Under the pieces are notes generated by a model. The model made no database searches, was not told where the DNA came from, and saw only the letters and a list, made by a program, of their open reading frames with translations. From the NCBI GenBank assembly GCA_964016885.1, contig OZ024740.1, positions 124,558,001 to 124,622,000 of the forward strand: DNA of 64,000 nt, read 5' to 3'. Source of the stretch: Eledone cirrhosa. Taxonomy: Eukaryota. How positions within the stretch are numbered: the first letter of the stretch is position 1; every line of letters begins with the position of its first letter. Both the position numbers and the translations under genes were made by a program. Positions 42,370 through 55,357 of the stretch are shown here, one piece after another.

Positions 42370-42622
42370 TCTTTTCACAGAACAAAAGTGTTTTTAGGGA
42401 GAGGAATTCTATATATATGTGTGTGTGTGTATCTCAATGGTGTTAAAGAACTGGCCAAGAGTACATTTGGGGGTGGCGAAAAGGGAAAATGTAAGCTATG
42501 GACAATTGCTTTAGGGGAGAAGGATATAGGATTGTAAAAGAAATTCTATTTTAGTAATATGTTTTGAGAGGGCATGAGTGTGTATGTGTGAGTGTGTATA
42601 TGTGTATATATATATATATAAT

Positions 42623-43043
42623 ATTAGTACGAGTGCTCTGAAATAGCGATGTATGTATGAATGTATGAATAGTATATTTGATGATATACTGTATGTTTAT
42701 TTTAAAACATTTTGAAGACCATTAGCTATGAGTTTTTAAAGTAGTGACTATGTCACTTACTTAGTCTCGGCAAAAACAAAGAAAAACAACCGACAGCTGT
42801 TTTTCGCTTGTTAGCGGTTATCAAGATTGCATATCCCTTCGCTTCTGCCAAGATTTATAGAAGCTGGATTCTTATAGAATTCCAGTGATGTTTAAGAGCT
42901 GACTAAATGAGCGAGAAACAGCTGCCGGATGCTTCCCTTTGTTTTTGCCGAGATTAAGTAAATAACTTAGTTACTACTTTAAAACTCATAGTTACTCTTC
43001 AAAATGTTTTTTAAATAAACATATAGTATATTATCAAATATAC

Positions 43044-43050
<7 letters not shown>
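42623..43050. mobile_element. Family-A-related pLTR fold-back; HHR at 42787-42829 (-) with UUGAUAA core
   Basis: Homologous to 3094-3385; reverse complement caatc TTGATAA ccgct-aaca-agcga aaaa cagctg TC ggttg; the right arm retains agcgaGAAAcagctg. Confidence 0.8.
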
Positions 43051-43075
<25 letters not shown>

Positions 43076-43229
43076 ATAGAAGTTAATATGCCCATGGGTA
43101 CTAAGTACCCCCAGAAATATATAGGTTGTCTATGATTTAAGGTTGTTCTATGGTATTAATTTGACATACCAGAACTATAATATTAAGATAAGCAGAACAA
43201 GCAAAATTTAGCCAGTTTTTCAAAATAAA

Positions 43230-43324
43230 TTAAAAAATATAATTTAAATATTTACCTATTCTTTTGGCCCTTACCAATCTGTAAGGGTCAAAAGAATAGG
43301 TAAATATTTAAATTATATTTTTTA

Positions 43325-43325
<1 letters not shown>
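43230..43325. repeat. ~96-bp hairpin (45-bp arms, 6-nt loop)
   Basis: ttaaaaaatat..cccttac caatct gtaaggg..atattttttaa. Confidence 0.9.
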
Positions 43326-43416
<91 letters not shown>

Positions 43417-43509
43417 ATGTGTGTGTGTGTTATTGTAAGTATGGTGGGATCAAAATTTAGTCAGAAAAGTACTTTTATGGAAAAAAACAAAATTATGTAT
43501 ATATATATA

Positions 43510-45250
43510 TCATCATCATCATCATCATCAACGTTTAACGTCCGTGTTCCACGATTGCATGGGTTTGGACGGGGGTTTTTCCACTTGAGGCAAGAGTGAT
43601 TGTCTTGCTCGCATAGGACTGTCTGGCAGGTTTTCTACAGTTGGATGCCCTTCCTAACACCAACCACATTTACAGTGTGGGTCTGGGAGGTTTTTACCGT
43701 GTTGCCTACACGGCCACATTACAGCGTGGACTGTGTGTTTTTTTGTCGTGACACCTACACGATCTCATTTCTTTCGGCCTGGATGGTGCGGCACCAACAT
43801 AACTTTACATAGAAGGGGGCGGTGTGGATGGGGGTGTATTTTGTTAGAGATGCCTACTGACTGTAGTAGGTTTTACTTTGTATTTAGGTAAGGCGGGTCT
43901 TCTCTATTACTGAGTACTGCCAAAGGTCTCGGTCCAGTTACATTGTCTTGGTGAGGTGTAAGTGTGTGAGGTCGGAGTTTATCAGCTCGTCCCAGGTTTT
44001 TCTGGGTCTGCCTATTCCGTGGCTACCGTCTATCTTTATTGCCCTGCACTTTGTTATACAGCTATCGTCCTTCATGCGCATCACTTGACCATACCAAAGT
44101 AGCCTTCTCTCTAGTAAACAACATCTGATCCCTCTTATTTCTAATTTTTTCCTTAGTTCGTTTATGCTTTGTCGTTCACGTATATTACTATTACACATCC
44201 AGCGGAGCATGCAAGCTTCGTTTCTCTCTAGTCTGCATATATCCTCTGCACACAATGCCCAGGTCTCACTGCCATGCAACATTGCTGTTCGCATGCAGGC
44301 ATCGTACAACCTGCCTTTCATTTTTAGGGAGAACCCTTTAGCGGCTAATAGTGGTATAAGCTCTGAACTTTTTCCACCCAGTTCTGACTCTAGCTACTGT
44401 AATTTCAGAGCACCCTCCCCCACTGCTGATTTTGTCACCCAGGTAACGAAAGCTGTCCACTATTTCTATAGAACCCTCTGCGCAGTTGAATGAGCTAGTA
44501 TTTTGTGGCAACTTGCTGCTACTTATTGCCCCAGAACACCGGCCACATGTAAAATCTATGTTCTTAGTTAGCTTACCTGTGATCTCACTACATCTTTTAT
44601 GCTCCCAAACTTTGCATTTGGGACACAAAATGGAATTTCTACCTACGCCTTTCCTACACTCTGCGCATGGCCACTTCCCGGAGGGGACCGCCGCCTTATT
44701 TTCTTTCTTACAAACTAGAACTTTGGACTTAGCCAGGTTAATTTTAAGGCCTTTTGATTCTAGGCCGTGCTTCCATGTTTGGAATTTCTTCTGTAGCTCA
44801 GCCATTGATTCAGCTATGAGCGTTAGATCATCTGCGTATAGGAGTTCCCAATGGGCAGCCGGTCTTGAACTCCACTGTTATAGCCTGGAGGGTGATAATA
44901 AATAGTAGGGGGCTAAGAACAGAGCCCTGATGAACACCAACTTTTACACTAAACTCTTCACTATATTCGTTGTTAATTCTAACCTTGCTGACTGTTTCTT
45001 TATACATGGCTTGTATAGCTCTCACAAGCCATTCATCAACACCTAGTTTTCTAAGAGCCCACCAGATAATGGAACGGAGGACTCTGTTGAAGGCCTTCTC
45101 CAAGTCGATTAAAGCTAAGTATAGGGGTTTACTTTTAGCTAGGTACTTCTCCTGTAGTTGTCGTACAATGAAAAGAGCGTCTGTGGTACTTTTTCCTGAC
45201 ACAAACCCGAACTGCATTTCATCTAGATCAATTCGCTCTCTGATTAGTTG
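43510..45250 (-). mobile_element. RTE LINE, 5'-truncated
   Basis: GVHQGSVLSPLLF, YADD, HGSETW; (GAT)n tail. Confidence 0.92.
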
Positions 45251-45267
45251 CGATGTATACATAAGGC

Positions 45268-45600
45268 ACATGCAGGCACATGGCTTAGTGGTTAGACCAT
45301 TGGCCTTGCAATTGAAAGGTTGTGAGTTCAATTCTCAGACCGGGTGATATGTTGTTTCCTTGAGCAAGACACTTTATTTCACATTGCTCCAGTTTACTCA
45401 GCTGTAGAAATGAGATGATAAGGACTGGGGTCCCTATCATTCCACTGTAAAGTGGTCGTGGAGGCGCCACGGCAAAAAAGCACCCAGCACTCACTGTAAA
45501 TGAGGTTGGTGTTAGGAAGGGCATCCAGCTGTAGAAATCAAGCCAGAATCAGTTCCCGTCCCACCCTTGCAAGCAGGGAAAAAGCGGACGTAAAATGAAA
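45268..45600 (+). mobile_element. SINE family 2
   Basis: Matches 37993-38328. Confidence 0.9.
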
Positions 45601-45812
45601 TGAAATGAAAAATGAAATGAAATATATATTTGCTTTTGTAGTGTGGTGTATGTGTGTTTTAGTTTGTTTATCATAGGTCCTTTTCTGGCAAATAATTAAA
45701 AAAAAAACAGTATGATATTAGTGATGGCTTTCAATCAGGTATGTGGACAGAAGTTATTTTGGGGAAATATGTGTATAAATAATTTCTTTATTTTGTGATG
45801 TGTGCGCGTGCA

Positions 45813-45843
<31 letters not shown>

Positions 45844-46339
45844 ATGTGTGTGTATGTGTGCATGTGTGTGTTTGTATATGTGTGTATATATACATGTGTG
45901 TATGAGTGCAAATGTATGTGCTTGGTCAATAGGTCCTTATGAATAATCTAAAGGGGGCGATTATATATTTAATTTTGGTTTATATTTGTTAAGAAATAGT
46001 TTTTCTTTATTTATACTTTTTTGTTGTGTCAAAGAATCTGAGCACTTATAAAGGGGGGACATTTTAAAGTTCAGTAGGGTCATTCCTGCACAATCTTCAA
46101 TGTGGCTACTCAAGGGGATTTTTCTTGTGTTTATATATCTCAGATTTGTTGACAATGGATGGTCATTCTCTGGCATAATGACATACCTGTCTCCTTCAAC
46201 ACTTGATTTTTAATTTTTAATCTTTAATTCTTTTTTAAATTTTAATTGTAATATTTAATATTAGATAAGAAACCAGCAACATATATTTTCTATACTTTAT
46301 AAAACCCCTTTTTAAAAAAAAAAATGTTCTCCTTTTTTC

Positions 46340-46442
46340 AATAATTGTTTCTACTTTTGTCACAAGGCCATCAATTACTCAGTACATTACTGGTACTTTA
46401 TTTTATCGACCCCATAAGGATGAAAGACAAAGTTAACCTTCG
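46340..46442 (-). mobile_element. Truncated SINE family 1
   Basis: 3' half of the family-1 sequence. Confidence 0.85.
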
Positions 46443-46555
46443 CGAATAATGTTACCTTGACAGATCACAGAAGAAAAAAAGAAAATTAGATTCTTTAAAT
46501 AGATTTCCGTGCTGTTTCCATACTGACATCTATCTCTCACTCTCTCACACACACA

Positions 46556-46611
<56 letters not shown>

Positions 46612-46629
46612 AATATATATATATATATA

Positions 46630-46980
46630 TATCATCATCATCATCTTCGTTTAACGTCCATCTTCCACGCTAGCATGGGTTAGACGGGAGTTGTCCCACT
46701 TGAGGCAAGGTTGGTTGGGTGTCCATGTCTCACTCATATAAGACTATCTGGCAGGTTTTCTACGGCTGGATGCCCTTCCTAACACCGACCACATTTACAG
46801 TGTGGACTGGGAAATTTTTACTGTGTTAGCTACACGACCACATTACAGCGTGTACTGTGTGTTTTTTGTCGTGACACCTACACAATCTCAATCTCATTAT
46901 CTCATTAATTTGGACTGAATGTTGTGGTACCAACTTTACAGAGAGAGGGTGGTGTTGGTGGGAGTGGGCGGATAGAGTAG
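46630..46980 (-). mobile_element. RTE 3' UTR-only insertion
   Basis: Matches 47110-47430. Confidence 0.85.
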
Positions 46981-47082
46981 TGGTATACACACATATATAT
47001 GTACATGTAAATATATGCACATACACACACATACACATATACACACACACATACATATATAGACATATATATGTATATATAT

Positions 47083-49563
47083 ATCATCATCATCATCATC
47101 ATCATCATCATTTAACGTCTATCTTCCACGCTAGCATGGGTTTAGACGGGAATTGTCCCACTTGAGGCAAGATTGGTTGTCTCGTTCGTATAGGACTGTC
47201 TAGCAGGTTTTCTACAGATGGTTGCCCTTCCTAACACCAACCACGTTTACAGTGTGGACTGGGAGGTGTTTACTGTGTTACCTACACGGCCACATTACAG
47301 CGTGGACTGTGTGTTTTTTTTTTTGTCGTGACACCTACAGGACCTCATTTATTTAGGACAGGATGTTGTGGTACCAACATAAATTTACAGAGAAAAGGTG
47401 GTGTTGATGGGGCTGGGGGAGTTGGGGTAGTGGGATGGGGTTGTATATTTTATTAAGAGGTGCCTACTGACTGTAGGTTTTGCTTTGTACTTAGGGAAGG
47501 CAGGTTTTCTGTATTACTGCGTAGCGCCAAAGATCTCGGTCCAGTGACATTGTCTTGGAGAGGTGTAAGTGTGTAAGGTCAGAATTTATCAAGTCGTCCC
47601 AGGTTTTTCTGGGTCTGCCTACTCCGTAACTTCCGTCAAGTTTGATCGCCCTGCACTTTTTTATACAGCTGTTGTCTTTCATGCGCATCACATGACCATA
47701 CCAACGTAGTCTTCTCTCGAGTAAACAGCATCTGATCCCTCTTATACCTAATTTCTCATTTAGTGCATTTATGCTTTGCTGTTCATGTATATTACTATTA
47801 CACATCCAACGGAGCATGCTTGCTTCATTCCTCTCCAGTCTGTGCAGATCCTCTGCATGTGATGCCCATGTCTACTGCCATGTAACATTGCTGTTCGTAT
47901 GCAGGCATCATACAGTCTTCCTTTCATTTTTAGAGAGAAACCTTTAGTGGCCAATAGTGGTATAAGCTCTCTGAACTTTTTCTATCCTGTACTGAGTCTG
48001 GCTACTGTACTTTCTGAGCACCCTCCACCACTGCTGATTTTGTCACCCAGGTAACGGAAGGTGTCCACTATTTCTATAGAGCCTTCTGGGCAGTAGAAGG
48101 AGCTAGTATCCTGTAGGCACTTGCTACTTATTGCACCTGAGCACCGGCCACATTAAAAATCTACATTCTTAGTTAGCTTACCACTTCATCTTTTATGCAC
48201 CCATACTTTGCATTTGGGACATAAAATGGAGTTTCTGCCTACTCCTTTCCTACACACTGAGCATGGCCATTTCCCAGAGGGTACCTGTGCCCTATTTTCC
48301 TTCCTACATACTAGAACCTTAGTCTTAGACAAGTTAACTTTAAGGCCTTTTGATTCTCAAGTTCAGCTATCGATTCAGCTGTGAACGTTAGATCATCTGC
48401 ATAGAGAAGTTCCCATGGGCAGCTGGTCTTGAACTCCTCTGTTATAGCCTGAAGGGCAATAATAAATAGGAGGGGGCTAAGGACAGAGCCCTGATGAACA
48501 CCAACTTTTATGCTAAATTCTTCACTATATTTGTTGTTAATTCTAACCTTGCTGACTGTTTCTTTAAACATCGCTTGTATAGCTCTCACAAGCCATTCAT
48601 CAACCACTAGTTTTCAGAGGGCCCACCAGATAATGGTGTGGGGGACTCTGTCAAATGTTTTCTCCAAGTCAACAACAGCTAAGTATATGGGTTTACTTTT
48701 AGCTCGGTACTTCTCCTGTAAATGTTGTACAAGGAAAAGGGCGTCTGTTGTACTTTTACATGACACAAACCCAAACTGCATTTCGTCCAGATCAATTTGC
48801 TCTCTGATTAATTGCGCTATAACTTTTTGTGTGACTTTCATGACCTGGTCAATTAATTTAATGCCTCTATAGTTTCCTCTACCTAGTGTATCTCCTTTAC
48901 CCTTGTAACAGTTAATGATGATGTTGCTACGCCAGTCATTTGGTATGACACCGTTCTGTATGACTTCGTTTACTATCTGGGTGACCATAGTTGTCCCACC
49001 ATTCAAGATATTTTCAGCATTTCAGCAACTATATCCGAAAGCCCAGCTGCCTTGCCTGCCTTCATATCTTTGATTGCCCTACTTATTATACTACCTTCAA
49101 CTTGCACTGCTGGTCCCTCTATTGGATCGAAGTGGAGCAGACTATCTTTGTCCCATTTATTCTCCTCAATTAGTAGCCTCTCGTAGTGACACTTCCAAGC
49201 TACCTTCTTATCAGCATCAGTGATGGCAAGTACACCATCATCATTATGGACACACTTCTCCTCGACATTATCATGGTTTTCCTTGACACATTGCCTAGCA
49301 ATCCTGAACACCTCACGCTTTTGATCCTCGCGTTGTAGAACATGCTTGAACTTTCTTTCCTCTGCTTCCCTTCTTGCAAAGTACACTTGTCTCCTAGCTT
49401 CCCCCCTGGCCACTTGATAGCGTTCTCTATTTCCCCCATCCCGCTATACTATCCAAGCCTGCTTTTTGGCCTTGATTGACTCCTCCACCTCACTCTTCTA
49501 CCCCAAAATTAATTTCCTACTGCCTATAGGTCTGCTCCAGCCACAGATTTCAACTGTCACCTT
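47083..49563 (-). mobile_element. RTE LINE, longest copy in the window, decayed
   Basis: ORF fragments 49003-49413, 48614-49006, 48311-48607 and 47491-47954 with RT motifs. Confidence 0.92.
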
Positions 49564-49587
49564 CAATATATATATATACACACATAC

Positions 49588-51672
49588 ATTAAAACAATAA
49601 AGGAAGGCTGAACTGGAAAATTTACTTTATTCCCACAAAAGAACTATACATGTTTTGATGGCCTACATCTATCCTCCAATTATGGTTTAAGAAAAATCGA
49701 TTTCAACAGGTGTTATTTGCAGAATTATGTAACAGGATTACAGCAAACCCAAACATAGAATGGAAGCTAGGACTTAGAGAATAGCGATTTGGGGACAGCT
49801 TGGAAATATGGTGTTACATCGATAGCAGGTTGTCCCCAAATCATCATCTTTCATCAACCCCAAACCACCAGTTCTACCCATAGGTAAACAACCTAATGTG
49901 AATGAAATATAGCTCCTATTACTGTCGAGTGCTTCATAATGTAATGAAGAACATAGGCCACCACCGAACTATAAGACGGTCTACTACTAAAGATCTGCCA
50001 AAACTAAGTCTTCCTCACACTATTGACCCAATTGTATATGGCTACCTTTTTCGTCATGGATCAGAATATAATCCGGCGGACTCTTTCGATCGCTGGATTT
50101 GCGATTCTATTTCACATTTCCACTTTAAAGAATGGAACTTTTAGTCTAGTCTTATCTACACCAACACGCTATTTTTATTTTTTATATTTTTTATTTTACA
50201 TTTATATCGTAATTTTAAATAATTTTTTATATTTATATTCCACATTATATTTTTCACCTCTCTATATTTTTGGCATGTTATTATTATTTCCTTACCTTTC
50301 TAACATCAGTGCATTTGATTGCATATATTATATGATACTAGATGGCATAGTATAATATTGTCCATGAATAATATAATACTATATAATATTCAGTAACCCC
50401 TAGATTCAATAATAGCTGCAGCCTTAATTCAACTTAGTTTCATTTAATTTAACTTGAACTTCAGAAATCACTTCAACGATACACTTATATTTTCCACCTA
50501 AGTACGACTATGTGTAACATCTTTCTCATAATTTATAGCACTATGGAGGCAACCTAGAATGCTATCTATATATCTACCGTCTTTTCATTTTAATCAGCAT
50601 GTGGACATTGAGGAGGTGTGCTAATCCATCGAGCGGAAACTTTTCGTCCTTTGAGTAAAGCGTTATTCAGACTATCTTTGGTTACACACTTAGAGTATTT
50701 GAAATTGATTAATTAATTTATCAATTTCTCCCTCCCTTCACTTTTTTTAATATACTCAGTCACTAGTAACCTATTTTGGATTTTGCATTGATATACTGGA
50801 CTACTGGGTCGGTTAAAAATAAACTACACCAAATTAGCCCTCAACTCAAGCACACATATATACACACAAAATAGCCTGATAACCCCTTACTCATCCAATA
50901 ATGTAATTTCGTAAATTCTGGCCATAGGAGTTTAAAATAAACTGCCTTTACTTAACATAGATTTAGTACATTGTGTTTGCAAATTAAAGTAAAATTTATT
51001 GTTTTTGAAAATTCCTTAATCTTATAATTCAAATTATTCATGCAACCTCACAACCTTTATAATTGTCTGTATCTTATTTTATCCACTTAAAACACCTATT
51101 TGTCTCTAGGTACTGGGTAATTGCTGGCCTTGTGCCAAAAGTAGAAACAGTTATTATCAATCTCTAAATTTACATAGCTCTGTTCCCCTTGAAATACTGT
51201 CACAGTAGCCTGACCTGTCTGGACGACAACCAATAGATTAATAGCTTTTGATCTCTGCAGCAATCTTGCTCCAAGTATAATTAAGGAATGGCATTCTCTA
51301 AGACAGATATATCTCTGTCACCATTTGGCTTCCTTTACCTTCTCCGTCACAACTACCAGCCCATAAAGCTGGCATCAACTGTCATCTATCAATATAAAAC
51401 CATATTTGCAGGCTGTCTCCAAATCGAATTTTCTATTTTCTATCTTCTATTTTCTATCTACGATTTTTCTTTATCTCCTGTTTTCCATTCTATGTTTGGG
51501 TTCGAATGTAATCGTGTTACATATTTCTGCAAATAGCACCTGATGAATTTGCCTTGTCTTGCATCATAATTGGATGATAGAGCTGGCCCATCGAAATATG
51601 TATAGTGCTTTCGTGGAATTAAAATTCTAAAGTAAATTTTCTGCTCCAGTCTTCTGTTGATGTTTTAATGAA
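49588..51672 (+). mobile_element. PLE-derived non-autonomous element with terminal HHR and inverted partial pLTR at the 5' end
   Basis: 49588-49665 is a diverged reverse complement of 51585-51670. Confidence 0.6.
51535..51609 (+). ncRNA. Type I hammerhead
   Basis: agcac CTGATGA ..gcc/ggc.. GAAA tatgta TA gtgct; base of stem II eroded. Confidence 0.7.
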
Positions 51673-51864
51673 TACTTTACTCCATTCCTGCACCAATCAT
51701 TGGATACCACATCTATCTACAATGCATGATATGTGTAATGTTGACTGCTTTAATTAATTTGTTGCATCACCGTTCACCAAACTGAACCACCAATTCTACT
51801 CATTGGTAAACAGCCTAACATAAATGCGATATATATATATATTACATGTATGTATGTATGTATG

Positions 51865-52655
51865 TCAGGTTGCTCTCGAGTGCTACTGGTAACGTGTAAC
51901 CCAGTACCAGTACAACCTATCTCATGGTCGGGTCGTCGGCGACTAAACTGGCAACCCCACTAACCTTGCTTGGTGAGGAGAGTCATATTTGGACACCCTG
52001 CGGGATGAAATACAAGGTGTGGCAAAGGGCAGAGGAACTCAACAGAGTCAATAGCCATACAAATAGTACCTTTTTTTCCACCTGGGAGTGAAAGGCCCCC
52101 AGTTGTTATCACAACACCTTTCTAGGAGAGGCAAACTCTAAAAAGAAAACCTGCGGCTTCGGATGATGTTAACCAGTTCTCTTTTTCGGGTAGAGTTTTT
52201 GATGCTCAGTGAGTATGATTGGTTGAGTGCAAGGCCTTTACCCACTTAAAAATCCTTCAAAGCACAGGCATTGCTTGTTCAGGATCTGTTATAGGTTTGT
52301 GTGACTCGATGTACCCTAAAAGTGCACCAGACTCTATAATCTGACAAGCAATTGCAGTACTCTTAACAGAGTTTACAGCCATCATGTATGTATATGCATG
52401 CACATTGAAATACTCTGTTTGATGCTCAAGTGCCTGGTTAGCAAGCTGGGAGGGGGAAACCTTTAGTTTTTGTTAGGAAATTGTTCTAAGAGAAGGAAAA
52501 CTCTGAGGTAAAAACTGTGACTCGATGGCAGCCAATGGTGTTTATCTGTTCTTCTTTTGGATACCTATCACTATTGTTCAGAGAGTATGATTGGTTCAGT
52601 GCAAGGGCTTTTTTCACTTAAAAAAGCTTTAAGCAAAAGCATCACTTGATCTAAA
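51865..52655 (+). mobile_element. RTE-5'UTR-like repeat with internal duplication
   Basis: cta(g/a)gaga..aaactct and gagtatgattggtt..cacttaaaaa occur twice (~52120-52290 and ~52485-52650). Confidence 0.5.
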
Positions 52656-52900
52656 TGACTTTGATGTGTGTTGCATGAGCATGGCCTTTTCTTTTTCCTT
52701 TTTGTTTTCCTTTTACTGTAGCCGTATGCAAAAAGCAATTTACGTCCTTGGCAGGGCTAAAAAGTCATGTTTATGCCATTAATGTATGGGAAAAAGGTCA
52801 AGCGATGCCAATTCTCGAAACTGAAATGCTGCCAAACGTCAGTTTTTCCCTGATGCCCCCCCCCCCCCCCCCCCATATATATATATATATATATATATAT

Positions 52901-53935
52901 AGATTTTACATGTGGCCGGTGTTCTGGGGCAATAAGTAGCAGCAAGTGCCCACAAATACTAGCTCTTTCAACTGCGCAGAGGGTTCTATAGAAATAGTGG
53001 ACAGCTTCCGTTACCTGGGTGACAAAATCAGCAGTGGGGGAGGGTGCTCTGAAAGTACAGTAGTTAGAGTCAGAACTGGGTGGAAAAAGTTCAGAGAGCT
53101 TATACCACTATTAGCCGCTAAAGGGTTCTCCCTAAAAATGAAAGGCAGGCTGTACGATGCCTGCATACGAACAGCAATGTTGCATGGCAGTGAGACCTGG
53201 GCATTGTGTGCAGAGGATATACGCAGACTAGAGAGAAACGAAGCTTGCATGCTCCGCTGGATGTGTAATAGTAATATACGTGAACGACAAAGCATAAACG
53301 AACTAAGGAAAAAATTAGAAATAAGAGGGATCAGATGTTGTTTACTAGAGAGAAGGCTACGTTGGTATGGTCACGTGATGCGCATGAAGGACGATAGCTG
53401 TATAACAAAGTGCAGGGCAATAAAGATAGACGGTAGCCACGGAATAGGCAGACCCAGAAAAACCTGGGACGAGCTGATAAACTCCGACCTCACACACTTA
53501 CACCTCACCAAGACAATGTCACTGGACCGAGACCTTTGGCGGTACTCAGTAATAGAGAAGACCCGCCTTACCTAAATACAAAGTAAAACCTACTACAGTC
53601 AGTAGGCATCTCTAACAAAATACACCCCCATCCACACCGCCCCCTTCTATGTAAAGTTATGTTGGTGCACACCATCCAGGCCGAAACAAATGAGATTGTG
53701 TAGGTGTCACGACAAAAAAACACACAGTCCACGCTGTAATGTGGCCGTGTAGGCAACACGGTAAAAACCTCCCAGACCCACACTGTAAATGTGGTTGGTG
53801 TTAGGAAGGGCATCCAACTGTAGAAAACCTGCCAGACAGTCCTATGCGAGCAAGACAATCACTCTTGCCTCAAGTGGGAAAACCCCCGTCCAAACCCATG
53901 CAAGCGTGGAACACGGACGTTAAACGTTGATGATG
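52901..53935 (+). mobile_element. Young 5'-truncated RTE LINE
   Basis: Open 209-aa C-terminal ORF; near-identical to the reverse complement of 43520-44557; in (TA)n. Confidence 0.93.
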
Positions 53936-54200
53936 ATATATATGTGTGTGTGTGTGTGTTTGTGTGTCTATAATTCATATATACCTATATATATATATAA
54001 TGTATATATATATATTTATATACTTGGGGAGGGTCATATTGTTGTAATCATATTGCCAGAATTAATAACAGAACACACTCACTGTTTGGTTGGTTTTTTC
54101 TTCTGTATTTTTTATATCAGTTAATATATTCGGTCCTCAATGTTTACCATTGACTGACCAACGGTAAAAAATACAGATATAATATATATATATTTATACA

Positions 54201-55060
54201 TATGGGAAAATGTCTATCTCTTGTTTGCGTTCCCTTTACTTTCTAACACTCATTATCAGTAACCATGCAGCCTGTCCCACTCAAGCCATATTTATGTATT
54301 TATTGCTGTGACCTCTGCTCCATCCTCTCTACTGATCTCGCTTCTTTTTGTTGTTCCTGGTCAAACTTATGTCTTACCACTTTTTGGATTCACTCTGTTC
54401 CCTCTTCTTCCCTTTCTCTCCCTCCCCCTCACTCATCACCTCTCTCTTTCACCCCATCTCTCTACCCTCTTACCATTTCCATTTCCTTCGTCTCCCACTG
54501 TGTTTACGCCATTCTCACCAAGAATAGATGTGTTCTCTTAGCTCTCTCACTGTTAATAAGGTCCATGGGCTTAAAACCAACTGCCTTTTTTAACTCCTGT
54601 CTCTCCCATAGGTTACTTTACTTACAGTCGGTATGTTTTTTCTCATGTTTTCTTTCTTTCTCTCTCTTTGCTATCGCCTCTTTTTCATCTTTTCTTCCTC
54701 TCATAATTTGTTCTTAATAAGTTATGGGTGTGCGACGGATAGATATATTGTCTATAATACGCTGAAACATCTGTGACCCGTAGTAGACAACTGATGATGG
54801 GAAAATGTCTATCTCTTGTTTGTGTTCCCTTTACTTTCTAACAGTCATTATCTATAACCACGCAGGGCGATGGATTGGCAGTATCGGTAGAGGGTCGGAC
54901 GCCATGCTTTGACGCGTAGAGTTACGACCCTTGCCATTCTGAGTTCAAATCCCGCCGAGGTTAACTTTGCCTTTCATCCTTACGAGGTCGATAAAATAAA
55001 GTACCAGTAATACACTGGATAATTGCTAGCCTTGTGCCAAAAGTAGAAACAATTATCTAT
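54201..55060 (+). mobile_element. pLTR-like unit (~600-bp monomer, terminal direct repeat) with degenerate HHR at 54721-54785
   Basis: 54201-54280 is repeated from 54797; gttatgggt (gtgcga) stem II GAAA catctg tg acccgtagt. Confidence 0.6.
54866..55033 (+). mobile_element. SINE family 1 with 19-bp TSD
   Basis: attatctataaccacgcag on both sides. Confidence 0.92.
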
Positions 55061-55085
55061 AACCACGCAGCCTGCCCTTCTCATT

Positions 55086-55123
<38 letters not shown>

Positions 55124-55129
<6 letters not shown>

Positions 55130-55315
55130 AATCAGGACCCCGACGGCTGAGCTCTGGCCATTTTCACAGCTAGATTGGATCTAGCTGTCAAAAAAGCCAG
55201 AGCTCAGTCGTCGGGGTCCTGACTCTTTTCATATTACCCATTTAAATACCCTAAGTATCGAGTACTCTGGTGCATTATGGTCCACCTGGTACCTTACCAC
55301 ATCTTCTTTGTTATA
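55124..55315 (+). mobile_element. pLTR terminus (family of 14647-14845) with hairpinned HHR remnant
   Basis: gagtactctggtgc..ttatggtcca..ccttaccaca shared with 14647-14845; hairpin 55132-55222. Confidence 0.8.
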
Positions 55316-55357
55316 AATATATATATATGGAGGCACATTATAAATATATATATAGAT

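Noticed and set aside
54790-54830. CTGATGA plus gggaa/ttccc hairpin
   Set aside because: No downstream GAAA; lies at the repeat junction
54866-54960. tRNA genes at SINE heads
   Set aside because: A/B boxes are followed by SINE body and TSDs; no complete cloverleaf
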